This document shows, piece by piece, positions 1 to 8,167 of a stretch of DNA of 51,538 nt. The DNA is from an uncultured Bacillota bacterium (GTDB lineage: Bacteria > Bacillota_I > Bacilli_A > RFN20 > CAG-826): positions 1 through 51,538 of the forward strand of contig CASEWT010000003.1 of NCBI GenBank assembly GCA_949291655.1. Direction: 5' to 3'. How positions within the stretch are numbered: position 1 is the stretch's first letter; each line of letters begins with the position of its first letter. A model generated the notes under the pieces. It was not told the DNA's origin. It searched no databases and worked only from the letters and a program-made list of their open reading frames with translations. A program made the translations under genes and the position numbers.

Positions 1-84
1 TGTTCGGCAGGCGTTGCCGTTGTAAATATCGACAACGGTTTTGGTGCAGGGCGTTTGGCAAGCATTATTAATCATATGAGGTGA
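1..84 (+). CDS. larB: Nickel pincer cofactor biosynthesis protein LarB, C-terminal fragment (5' end outside the window)
   Basis: Frame 1 reads CSAGVAVVNIDNGFGAGRLASIINHMR*. VVNIDNGFGA is the LarB/AIR-carboxylase-like C-terminal motif, and the gene lies directly upstream of larC. Confidence 0.9.
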   Translation, partial: CSAGVAVVNIDNGFGAGRLASIINHMR

Positions 85-88
85 GAGC

Positions 89-862
89 ATGAAAAAAGCA
101 CTTTACATAGAAGCATTTTCAGGTATCAGCGGCAACATGCTGCTTGGCGCGCTTATTGACCTTGGCGCTGACGCTGCTTATATAGAAGCAGAGCTTAAAA
201 AGATGAATCTTGGCGAATATAAACTGATTAATACGCGCGCAGATAAATGCGGCATAAATGCAGCTTATTTTAATGTTAAAATTCCGGGCGTAACGGAAGC
301 AGCCGAAGCAGAAGAAGCACATCTTCATGAACATCATGACGGGCATCACTGCCATCATCATGCCCATGGCTGCGAAGGTGAAGAACATCATCACCACCAT
401 CATGAGGAGCATCATTGCTGCCACCAGCATGCTCATGCTGCCGAAGAAGCGCATGAACATCACTGCTGCCATGCGCATGAAGCAGGTGCGCATCACCATC
501 ATGAACACCGAAATTTTAACGACATCAAAACTATCATTGAAAATTCAGATTTAAGCACTAATATAAAAGATAAAGCGGTAAATGTTTTCCGCATGCTTGG
601 CCTCGCCGAAGCAAAAGTTCACGGCAAAAGCCTTGAAGAAGTGCATTTTCATGAAGTAGGGGCAGTTGATACGATTATTGATATTGTCGGCAGCTGCCTG
701 GCTTTGGAAAATCTCGGCATAGAAAAAATTTATGTGTCTGAAATTAAAACCGGCTTCGGTTTTGTGCAGTGTGCGCATGGACTGATGCCCGTGCCTGCAC
801 CTGCAACAGCCGAGCTTTTGGCGCATGGGCTGCTTTATGCCAAAGGAAACATTGAACGCGAA
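89..862 (+). CDS. larC: Nickel insertase LarC, N-terminal part, truncated at a junction near 860
   Basis: Motifs FSGISGNMLLGALIDLG, a His-rich insert, AEAKVHG-x-VHFHEVGAVDTIIDIVG and CAHGLMPVPAPATAELL. Similarity stops after GNIERE, where a LxTPTGA-like motif is expected. The ORF tail to 895 is antisense to the GH2 gene. Confidence 0.9.
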
Positions 863-1499
863 TGGGCGAAAAAGCGCCCGCAATCCGCGCCTTGATAATC
901 AGGTTTTTCTCATCGTAATCGGGATAGACGACAAGGCTTTCGAGATGCCCTTCCCGCGGAAGGGACTCAAAGTAAACGGGACCGTAGATGCCGCTCGTCG
1001 CCGTATACCAAATGCCCCCCGGGCGGTTGGATTGCTTCCCCCGGGGAAAGATGGGGCTATCGGTGTCGTCGCGAACCGCGAGTTCGACGACCATTCTTTC
1101 CTCGACTTTGGGAAGGTAGATCTCAAAGGGGAGGTAACCGCCTTCATGATGGGCAGCCAATGCGCCGTCCACATATACATCGGCCACTTGGTCGACAGCC
1201 GTGAAGACGATGCGGCCGGCCTTCCCGACGTATTCAGACGGAAAATGTATTTCCCGCCGGTAATGGAGAACGTCGGCCTTCCCGACTTTCCTCCCGATTC
1301 CCGAAAGGGGCGTTTCCACCGCGAAGGGAACGAGGATCGATTCCCCGTAACTAACCGGCCGGCCATCCGTCCCGTCGATGCAAAACTCCCACCGCCCGTT
1401 CAGCGAAAGGTACTTTTCCCGCTCGAAATAAGGATTGGGGTGTTCGCCCAAAGGAAGCTCGTCGGCCTTGGGCCCATATGGAGTCGATAGTTTTTCCAC
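863..1499 (-). CDS. Glycoside hydrolase family 2 (beta-galactosidase/glucuronidase-like), N-terminal sugar-binding domain only, truncated at the junction
   Basis: Motifs HPNPYFER, SLNGRWEF, ILVPFAVETPLSGI, HEGGYLPF and PRGKQ...GGIWYTATSGI. GTG start with a GAGGG RBS. The catalytic TIM barrel is missing. Confidence 0.85.
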
Positions 1500-1630
1500 C
1501 CCTCTATTTTATCGACATAACTTCCGGAGGCCAAATCGGGGCCCAAGGCACGATGCTTAGCGTTTTTGGGCAAGGCTATGGGCCGAGCCTCCTTCGCCAC
1601 CCGATAAGCAGACAATGCTACTATATGGCC

Positions 1631-2812
1631 ATGGAAAACCTTGCCTTCATCGAACGCTTCCTCGCTGCCCGCCCCGGAAGCGCCTACCTCTCCCTCGACT
1701 ACGAAAACAAGAACCCTCTTCTCGCCTCCTTCACCTCCGGCCTCATGCTGACAAGGAAGGTCGCCTTCCTCTTCAAGTCCCCGAAGCCTGTCGTCATTGC
1801 CCAAACCCTCGACTGCCCGTTTTTGAGGAAAGGCTACGTCGGGGAACGCTTCGAGGTCCTTGAATACCGGGACTGGAAAGAATACCTGACCCTTTTGAGG
1901 CAAAGCCTAGTCGGGACCGCGACGGTCTACATGGACGTTTCCGAGAACGGGCTTCTCCCCCGGGTCAGCCTCGCCGACTACGGGTCGGTTGCCTACGTCG
2001 CTTCGCTAGGAAAGGAAATCCGGAGCTCGGGCGACCTTCTCAACGAAATGATCGGGACCCTCTCTCCCGAGGGAGAAGCATCCCAGAAAATCGCCGCCGA
2101 CCTTCTTCTCGCCATCAAGGACGAAGCCTTCGCTTACATTTCCGCCGCCTTAAGGTCGAACCGCCCCGTCGACGAATACGAGGTCCAGTCCTTCATCGCC
2201 CGCCGCTTCGAGGAAGAAGGGATGGTCTACGACGACCCGCCGATCGTCGCCGTCAATGCCAACGCGTCGAACCCCCATTACCTCCCAAGCATGGAAAAAC
2301 ATTCCCCCATTAAGAAAGGCGACTTGATTCTCATCGACATGTGGGCCAAGAAGAAAGAGCCAGGCTCCGTCTACGGGGACATAACGTGGATGGCTTACGC
2401 TGGAAACCGTCTCCCGCCCGAAATGGCTAGGCCTTTCCGGACGCTCGTTAGGAGCATCGACGCGGCCCTCGCCTTCCTTACTTCCGAACTGCCAAAGAGG
2501 GAGGTCGCCGGCTACGAAGTCGACCGCCTCGTCCGGAAAATCGTCGAGGAAGACGGATACCTCCCCTACTTCACCCACCGGACCGGCCATTCGATCAAGG
2601 ACGATGCCGGCCCCCACGGCCCCGGAGTCAACATCGACGACTACGAGTCGCACGACGAACGGAAAATCGTCGACGGGAACTCCTTCTCCCTCGAGCCGGG
2701 CATTTATCTTCCTTCCTTCGGAATGCGGTCGGAGACCGACGTCCTCATCAAGGACCGAAAGCCTCTCGTCGTGGCTGGACGCCAAGAAAGCATTGTCCTT
2801 CTTCTCGATTGA
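1631..2812 (+). CDS. Xaa-Pro aminopeptidase (peptidase M24 family)
   Basis: M24 metal-ligand motifs PHY, LIDMWAK, YGDITW, HRTGHS, FSLEPGIY and GMRSETD. Start placed at ATG 1631 (ATG 1625 is the alternative). Confidence 0.88.
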   Translation: MENLAFIERFLAARPGSAYLSLDYENKNPLLASFTSGLMLTRKVAFLFKSPKPVVIAQTLDCPFLRKGYVGERFEVLEYRDWKEYLTLLRQSLVGTATVYMDVSENGLLPRVSLADYGSVAYVASLGKEIRSSGDLLNEMIGTLSPEGEASQKIAADLLLAIKDEAFAYISAALRSNRPVDEYEVQSFIARRFEEEGMVYDDPPIVAVNANASNPHYLPSMEKHSPIKKGDLILIDMWAKKKEPGSVYGDITWMAYAGNRLPPEMARPFRTLVRSIDAALAFLTSELPKREVAGYEVDRLVRKIVEEDGYLPYFTHRTGHSIKDDAGPHGPGVNIDDYESHDERKIVDGNSFSLEPGIYLPSFGMRSETDVLIKDRKPLVVAGRQESIVLLLD

Positions 2813-2820
2813 ACGATAAG

Positions 2821-2844
2821 AAAAGCCCCGCAAAAGGGGCTTTT
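2821..2844. terminator. Bidirectional intrinsic terminator
   Basis: AAAAGCCCC-gcaaaa-GGGGCTTTT between convergent genes. Confidence 0.85.
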
Positions 2845-2868
2845 CCTTTCAAAATTTGCTTAGAAGCC

Positions 2869-4062
2869 TTAACGAAGAGTCTCGTAGTACGCCTCGAGGC
2901 CTTTTCTAGCTTCCTCGTCCATTTGGAAGTTGACGCGGTAGCCGGGAACGACCGAGAAATGCAGTTGCTTCATCCTCTCGCTTAAATGGGGCACGGCTTC
3001 GCCGCTCCAACCGTAGTCGCCGAAGGCCGAAGCCTTCTTCCCTTGGGCGACCGTCCAGTAAATGCTTCCGAGAATGTCGTAGAAGAGGCAAATGGCGTCC
3101 CCGACGAGGGTCGGCGAGCCAAGGAGGACGATGCCGGAAGCGTAGATTGACTTGACGATTTCCGGCTTGACAGTCCCGTAATTGAGGGCATCGATCTCGT
3201 AGAAGGCGACTTCCTTCCCGTCTTCCTCGAAACGCTTCTTCAGGTAGAGGGCCATCTCCCGCGTGTAGCCGTAGGCCGTCGCGTAGACGATGGTCACCTT
3301 GTTCATGTCGTTATGGGGAACAAGGGGCAGGGAAAGCTCGCGATAGAGCTCGATTTGGTCATGGACCTTCTCGTCGATGACGCAGCCGTGGCCCGGGCAG
3401 ATCATTTCGATGTCGAGCTTTTCGACCCGATCGCAAGCTTGAAGGACGTAGTTTGCAAAAGGCCCCATGATGTTGTTGAAGTAGTACTCGAGGGCCGTCC
3501 GGTAGCCTTGCTTGTCCTTCTCTTGGCTGAGGAGGATGGCATCCGAGGCAAAATGGGCACCGAAGGCATCGCAGCTCACGAGAACCTTAAGCTCCTTGAT
3601 GTAAGTGAACATGACGTCCGGCCAATGGAGAAGGAGCCCGCTCACGAATTGGAAGGTGTACCCGCCAAAGGAGAAGGTGCCATTGGGAACCATCTGCATT
3701 TTCTTGAACGGCTTCCGGATGATCTTCTCGAGGTTGTTGAGAGCAGCAAAGGATGCGACGACAGTAATGTCGGGATTCTTTTCCAAAAGGGAAGCGATCG
3801 CGCCGCTATGGTCGGGCTCGGTGTGGGTTACGAAAATGTATTTGATCTCATCGAAGCTGACGAGCGAGGAAAGATGGTCGAGGTATTCGTCCTTGAAGGA
3901 AAGCTTGGCGGCTTCGAAGACGATTGCCCCCTCCTTTGTCTTGAGAAGGTAGCTGTTGTAGCTCGTGCCGTAATCGGTCCGCACCGCCACGTCGAAGACC
4001 TTGAGAGTGTGGTCGATGACGCCGACGTAATAGAGGTTTTTCTTAAGTTCGAGACTCTTCAT
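2869..4062 (-). CDS. fprA: Flavodiiron protein (type A flavoprotein; O2/NO reductase)
   Basis: Metallo-beta-lactamase diiron motifs GTSYNSYL, HTEPDHSG, HWPD, SCDAFGAH and PGHG, plus a flavodoxin domain (YATAYGYT, GSPT, FGDYGWSGEA). Confidence 0.9.
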   Translation of the reverse strand: MKSLELKKNLYYVGVIDHTLKVFDVAVRTDYGTSYNSYLLKTKEGAIVFEAAKLSFKDEYLDHLSSLVSFDEIKYIFVTHTEPDHSGAIASLLEKNPDITVVASFAALNNLEKIIRKPFKKMQMVPNGTFSFGGYTFQFVSGLLLHWPDVMFTYIKELKVLVSCDAFGAHFASDAILLSQEKDKQGYRTALEYYFNNIMGPFANYVLQACDRVEKLDIEMICPGHGCVIDEKVHDQIELYRELSLPLVPHNDMNKVTIVYATAYGYTREMALYLKKRFEEDGKEVAFYEIDALNYGTVKPEIVKSIYASGIVLLGSPTLVGDAICLFYDILGSIYWTVAQGKKASAFGDYGWSGEAVPHLSERMKQLHFSVVPGYRVNFQMDEEARKGLEAYYETLR

Positions 4063-4132
4063 GGAATTTCCTTATTTCTCCTTGCCAAAGGGGATTATAA
4101 AAGGCTAAGGGGCCGATGTCTTAAAAGACGAT

Positions 4133-4156
4133 AAAAAACCGGGCCTCAGGCCCGGT
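4133..4156 (-). terminator. Intrinsic terminator of hsp20
   Basis: ACCGGGCCT-g-AGGCCCGGT followed by a T run on the minus strand. Confidence 0.75.
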
Positions 4157-4171
4157 AGGTTGCATCATGCC

Positions 4172-4603
4172 TTACTTGATGGCAATCCGATGGCCGTTTT
4201 CGACCGGCTTCTCGACCTTTTTCGGAACGAGGATGTGAAGGACGCCGTTGTTGAAGGAAGCCTCGATTTTCTCCTCATCGACACTACCGAGGTAGTAGCT
4301 GCGGCTCGAGACGCCGGAGAAGCGCTCCCGATGGACGAAGTTCTTCCTCTTCTCGCCGTTATCGAAATTGCGGTTGGCCTTGGCCTTGATGGTGAGATAG
4401 CCGTCGTCGAGGGTTACCGAGATGTCGTCCTTGCTGATTCCAGGAAGGTCGATGTCAAGTTCGTAATCGTTCTCGCTTTCGGTCACGTCGGTCCTCATCT
4501 CGAGGCCGCGCGCCACGTGGCTATCGCGGATCACGTCCGGGGTAAGGAAGTCGAACAGCGGGTCGAAGAAGCCCTCCGTGTAGTTGGTCAATTCATTCTT
4601 CAT
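4172..4603 (-). CDS. Small heat shock protein, Hsp20/alpha-crystallin family
   Basis: MRTDVTE, IDLPGISKDDI, RER and IEASFNNGVLHILVPK. GGAGG RBS and CIRCE elements upstream. Confidence 0.95.
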   Translation of the reverse strand: MKNELTNYTEGFFDPLFDFLTPDVIRDSHVARGLEMRTDVTESENDYELDIDLPGISKDDISVTLDDGYLTIKAKANRNFDNGEKRKNFVHRERFSGVSSRSYYLGSVDEEKIEASFNNGVLHILVPKKVEKPVENGHRIAIK

Positions 4604-4615
4604 AAGTCTTGCCTC

Positions 4616-4642
4616 CTAGCACTCTTCCTTTCCAAGTGCTAA
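4616..4642. promoter_or_regulatory. CIRCE element (HrcA operator), proximal
   Basis: CTAGCACTC-N9-AAGTGCTAA versus consensus TTAGCACTC-N9-GAGTGCTAA, abutting the hsp20 RBS. Confidence 0.88.
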
Positions 4643-4661
4643 CTATATGATAACCCCCTTT

Positions 4662-4688
4662 TTAGCACTTGCAAGTCTAAAGTGCCAA
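4662..4688. promoter_or_regulatory. CIRCE element (HrcA operator), distal, overlapping a putative -35 box
   Basis: TTAGCACTT-N9-AAGTGCCAA. A minus-strand TTGCAA-16-TATCAT promoter overlaps it. Confidence 0.8.
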
Positions 4689-4795
4689 TTTGCGAAAATT
4701 AGTCCCTTTTCTTCGATAACGTCTGAATTTTTTATTACTGAAAAGTAGATACTTCAGCCTTCATTGGCCTGATCGACGATGCCAAGAGGGGCTAT

Positions 4796-5275
4796 TCAAA
4801 GGAGCAAAAGATCGGCAACCGCGGCTCCGAGAAAAACTTTCAGATCGTTTGGCGAAAGCCCGACTTGCAAGCCGCGCCGCCCGCCCGAAACGAAGATCGC
4901 CGGGAATAGGAAAGCCGTCTCGTCCATGTAGCAGGGCATCCTTTTCTTCAGGCCAATGGGGCTACAACCCCCGTGGACGTATCCGGTCAATGGAAGTAGT
5001 TCCTTTTGGGGGATGAGCTTAATCCATTTCGAACCGGTCGCCCGAGCCGCCTTCTTGAGGTCGAGTTCCCGATCGATCGGCACTTCGAAGATGAAATGCT
5101 CGCGGGCTTCGTTTTCGGCCACCAGCGATTTGAAAACGGAAGAAGGGTCTTCGCACAGCTCCTGGGCAACCGCAAGCCCGTCGACGGCCTCCGGGTCGTA
5201 GATGCGGACTTCGTGGGGGATGCCCGCCCCGGTAAGGAGACGGATGGCATTGCTCATAGTTTCCTTTTTGGCCAT
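4796..5275 (-). CDS. ybaK: Cys-tRNA(Pro) deacylase YbaK/EbsC
   Basis: SNAIRLL, VFKSLV, ELDLKKAA, LTGYVHGGCSPIG and VSGGRRGLQV. Start at MAKKET. Confidence 0.92.
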   Translation of the reverse strand: MAKKETMSNAIRLLTGAGIPHEVRIYDPEAVDGLAVAQELCEDPSSVFKSLVAENEAREHFIFEVPIDRELDLKKAARATGSKWIKLIPQKELLPLTGYVHGGCSPIGLKKRMPCYMDETAFLFPAIFVSGGRRGLQVGLSPNDLKVFLGAAVADLLLL

Positions 5276-5331
5276 GTCTATCCTCGGTAAGAAAAAGGGG
5301 CGGTCGCCCGCCCCGCTGCTCGAAAAGGCAA

Positions 5332-5811
5332 TCAGTTCTTCTTCCGCCCGAAGAGGCCGATGGCCCCCATGGCGAGGGAGAGAACGGCAGAGACGGCAAC
5401 GGCCGCCCCGGCCGCGATGATGCCCCACATCATCTCATAGGTCGTTCCCGGGATAACGTTGGGGGCAATGCTCGGGGTAAGGAAGGTAATGACCGCCGTG
5501 ACCGCCGCCATGATCCCGGCAAGGAGATGGAGGAAGCCGGCAAAGCGATGGCTCCGGCCGAAGGAGAAGACGACGGCGAGAAGCTGGAAGGCCGAGGCGA
5601 TGACCAGAAGGACGAAGCTGGCGACGAAGGTGCCGCTCGACTGCAGGGCCCCGAAGGCGAGGTTCCCGAAGACGAAGTCGTAGATCGTCGCGTAGTTGGC
5701 CGCGGTCCCGGCATAGACGGCCGGGGCGGCAAAGAAACCGAAGCCGGCGCCGGCCCCGATGAGCAGGGCCAAGATGCCGAGCAATCCGTACACGTTGTTT
5801 GCTTTTTTCAT
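5332..5811 (-). CDS. Hypothetical integral membrane protein (~4 TM)
   Basis: Four hydrophobic segments, a GAGGA RBS, and a downstream hairpin with T run at 5291-5314. Confidence 0.75.
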   Translation of the reverse strand: MKKANNVYGLLGILALLIGAGAGFGFFAAPAVYAGTAANYATIYDFVFGNLAFGALQSSGTFVASFVLLVIASAFQLLAVVFSFGRSHRFAGFLHLLAGIMAAVTAVITFLTPSIAPNVIPGTTYEMMWGIIAAGAAVAVSAVLSLAMGAIGLFGRKKN

Positions 5812-5883
5812 GCTGTAATCCTCATTCAGACGGCTAATAGTTTACTTTCGCGAATACCGACATGCAATAACGCGTTCGCGCGC

Positions 5884-7449
5884 TCACGCACGGGTAAACG
5901 CAATCGTCGCCTCCGAGCCGTCGCTGGCTAGGTCGGTAACCTGGAAGGCGTAGGCGAAGCCGGTCCCGTCGTTGGAAAGGCAGCTTTCTCCTTGCCGCCC
6001 GTTCGGGAACTGCTCCCGAATGCCGTTATCGCCGTAATCAAGGCTCTCGCCCTCCATGAAGAGGCAATCCGAAACCCCGTTGAGCAAGGTCCCGCCGAAG
6101 CCTTGGGCCAAGCTCGCGCAGACGTTTTCCGTCTCGAAGGCGACCCCGACCCGAGATGGGGCGATGAGGCTGATCTGGCGGAACGACGATTCGGCCTCCG
6201 CGACGCTGGAGACGGTATTGCTCGCCTCCATGTAACAGCCTTCGCTCGGAATGTAATTCACGTAGTCGTAGAGATAGTATTGCCCGTTTTGATAGACAAG
6301 CCGGCGAAGCCTGGCATCGACGTGGTAGACCCGGATGCCCGGCTCGGAAAACCCTTGGAACCCGTTCCCGGGATACGGAGAGAGGGAATCCTGCTCATTG
6401 AGGCCGGTCGGGGAATAAAGCTCGAGGAGAAGGTATTCCCCGAAACTCGATCCCTGGTAGCCGTCGTTGGTCGGGATAAGGACGGCGTCCCCGGTCTCGG
6501 CGAGGTTCCCAATGGTAATGGAACCCTCCTTGTTGACGACATAGGGAGAGATCCAGCCAAGGGCGAACTTCGAATAGGCGCAGTGGTCGATGACGTTGGC
6601 GTCCATCATGTCGATATAGCCGGTCGGGGAAGTATTCCCTTCGGTATCGTAATAGTCGTTGAGCCCAAGCAGGTGGCCGGTTTCGTGAACGAAAGTATGG
6701 GCATCGACGGCCGTCTCCCCGTATCCTTCGTAAAGGAAACGGTAGGAAGCCCAGCTATAGGCATAGCCGACCGGATCATAGGGGTCGTAGTCGCCGGCCG
6801 CCTCGTAATCCCAGTAGGTGAAGGCCCATTGGATGCTCGATCCGCCCTCGGAATCGTAAGGGGCGCTGTAAACCATCCAGACGGCATCGAGGAAGCCGTC
6901 GCCGTTGCCGTCGAAATCGCGGAGGGAAGAACCCGATTCGTCCCGGTAGGCCTCGACGGCCCGGCGCATCAGATAGCTGACGCCCTCAGCCGAGGAAGCG
7001 GAGACGTTATCCCTCTCGATTTCCTCGAGGGTCAATCCGCATTCGTACCACGGGGCAACCGTCGCGCGGAAGGAAAGCTCGCCGTAGCTCGACGTCTCAT
7101 AGAAGCTCGATACCGACTCCCAGCCCGTCTCGCCGCTTGTTCCGTTGAAGGCGGCCTCGAGGTCCCGGGAAATCGCGCTTTCCTCGCTCGAAGAGAGCTC
7201 GTAGCCCTTTATCTCGATCGGGAGGACAAGGACGTTCACGTCCCCTTCCGAGGGCGTCGCGACAATGCCCGTGTTCAGCGAATAGTCCTCCATCGAAATG
7301 GTATTCGCCGCCTTCCCGTAATTGCCGTCGGGCAAGCTCAGGATGTAGTCGTTGCTGCTCCCGCCGATGAGGTCGAAAATCGTCAGAGAGCATGAAGAAA
7401 GGGCGAGAGTTCCCGCCCCAAGAAGAAAAGCTGAAAGCCTCTTATTCAT
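5884..7449 (-). CDS. Immune inhibitor A (M6)-like zinc metalloprotease lipoprotein
   Basis: Lipobox (LALSSC), WESVSSFYETSSYG, EF-hand-like DGNGDGFLD, HETGHLLGLNDYY (HExxHxxGxxD), DMMD Met-turn and EYLLLELY. The start overlaps the upstream stop. Confidence 0.85.
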   Translation of the reverse strand: MNKRLSAFLLGAGTLALSSCSLTIFDLIGGSSNDYILSLPDGNYGKAANTISMEDYSLNTGIVATPSEGDVNVLVLPIEIKGYELSSSEESAISRDLEAAFNGTSGETGWESVSSFYETSSYGELSFRATVAPWYECGLTLEEIERDNVSASSAEGVSYLMRRAVEAYRDESGSSLRDFDGNGDGFLDAVWMVYSAPYDSEGGSSIQWAFTYWDYEAAGDYDPYDPVGYAYSWASYRFLYEGYGETAVDAHTFVHETGHLLGLNDYYDTEGNTSPTGYIDMMDANVIDHCAYSKFALGWISPYVVNKEGSITIGNLAETGDAVLIPTNDGYQGSSFGEYLLLELYSPTGLNEQDSLSPYPGNGFQGFSEPGIRVYHVDARLRRLVYQNGQYYLYDYVNYIPSEGCYMEASNTVSSVAEAESSFRQISLIAPSRVGVAFETENVCASLAQGFGGTLLNGVSDCLFMEGESLDYGDNGIREQFPNGRQGESCLSNDGTGFAYAFQVTDLASDGSEATIAFTRA

Positions 7450-8167
7450 GGCTCTTGGCTTCGTTTTCGCCGTCATCGTCCTCGACGATGTTCCCGAGTT
7501 CGTCGACCATAATCGGGTGAGGGTCGTAGTCGGAGGTCATCCCGACGTAGCTGGCAAGGCAGAAGGAAATGATGAGGAGGAAGCCAGTCATGAAGCCGTC
7601 CCAGAAGATGGCATCGCCGAAATGGGCGAAGGCTTCGAGGATCTGGTAGGAGAAGAAGGCCGCGATGACCATGAAGGCAATGTTGAGGCCGAGAATGGTC
7701 TTCATGAGCCAATTCCCGCTTCCGTCGATGGCTTTCTTGACGAAGTAGCCGGCGCTCCAGAAGGAGAAGAGGGCATTGAGGGCAAAGAAGACGGCGCTCG
7801 CGGTGTCGAGCCCGGCCTCGAACCGGTAGATGCTCTGCCCGAGGGCATAGCCGCCGTTGGCAAGGGAAATGAGAACGGTGGCCAAGACGTGGGAGGAGCT
7901 TTGCCGCCAGATGAGGTCGAGGCCGAGAAAGAGGAAGAGGAGGCAATTAATCCACCCAAAGACCAAGGTCAGGAGGTGCTCGGTTCCCGTTTCCTCGGCC
8001 ACGGCCAAGGTCCCGAAGTGGGTCGCCGTGCAGAAAATGCAATAGGCTAGGTAAACGGCAAAGGCGAGAAGGGAGAGAATGGCCACGGCGCTAAGGCGGG
8101 GCCGGTAGCTCTTCCCGCGCACCTTGATGGTCAAGGCGTCTCCGACTTGCTTGAAGAAGGTATTCAT
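7442..8167 (-). CDS. Hypothetical polytopic membrane protein (~6 TM), coupled to oppF
   Basis: Multiple hydrophobic helices, an acidic tail, and an ATGA overlap with the oppF stop. Confidence 0.75.
   Translation of the reverse strand: MNTFFKQVGDALTIKVRGKSYRPRLSAVAILSLLAFAVYLAYCIFCTATHFGTLAVAEETGTEHLLTLVFGWINCLLFLFLGLDLIWRQSSSHVLATVLISLANGGYALGQSIYRFEAGLDTASAVFFALNALFSFWSAGYFVKKAIDGSGNWLMKTILGLNIAFMVIAAFFSYQILEAFAHFGDAIFWDGFMTGFLLIISFCLASYVGMTSDYDPHPIMVDELGNIVEDDDGENEAKSHE

Noticed and set aside
89-895. Programmed frameshift in larC, or a joint lar + hypAB nickel system
   Set aside because: The downstream sequence is an unrelated GH2 gene of different composition. A chimeric junction explains the truncation, so co-location with hypAB is probably coincidental.
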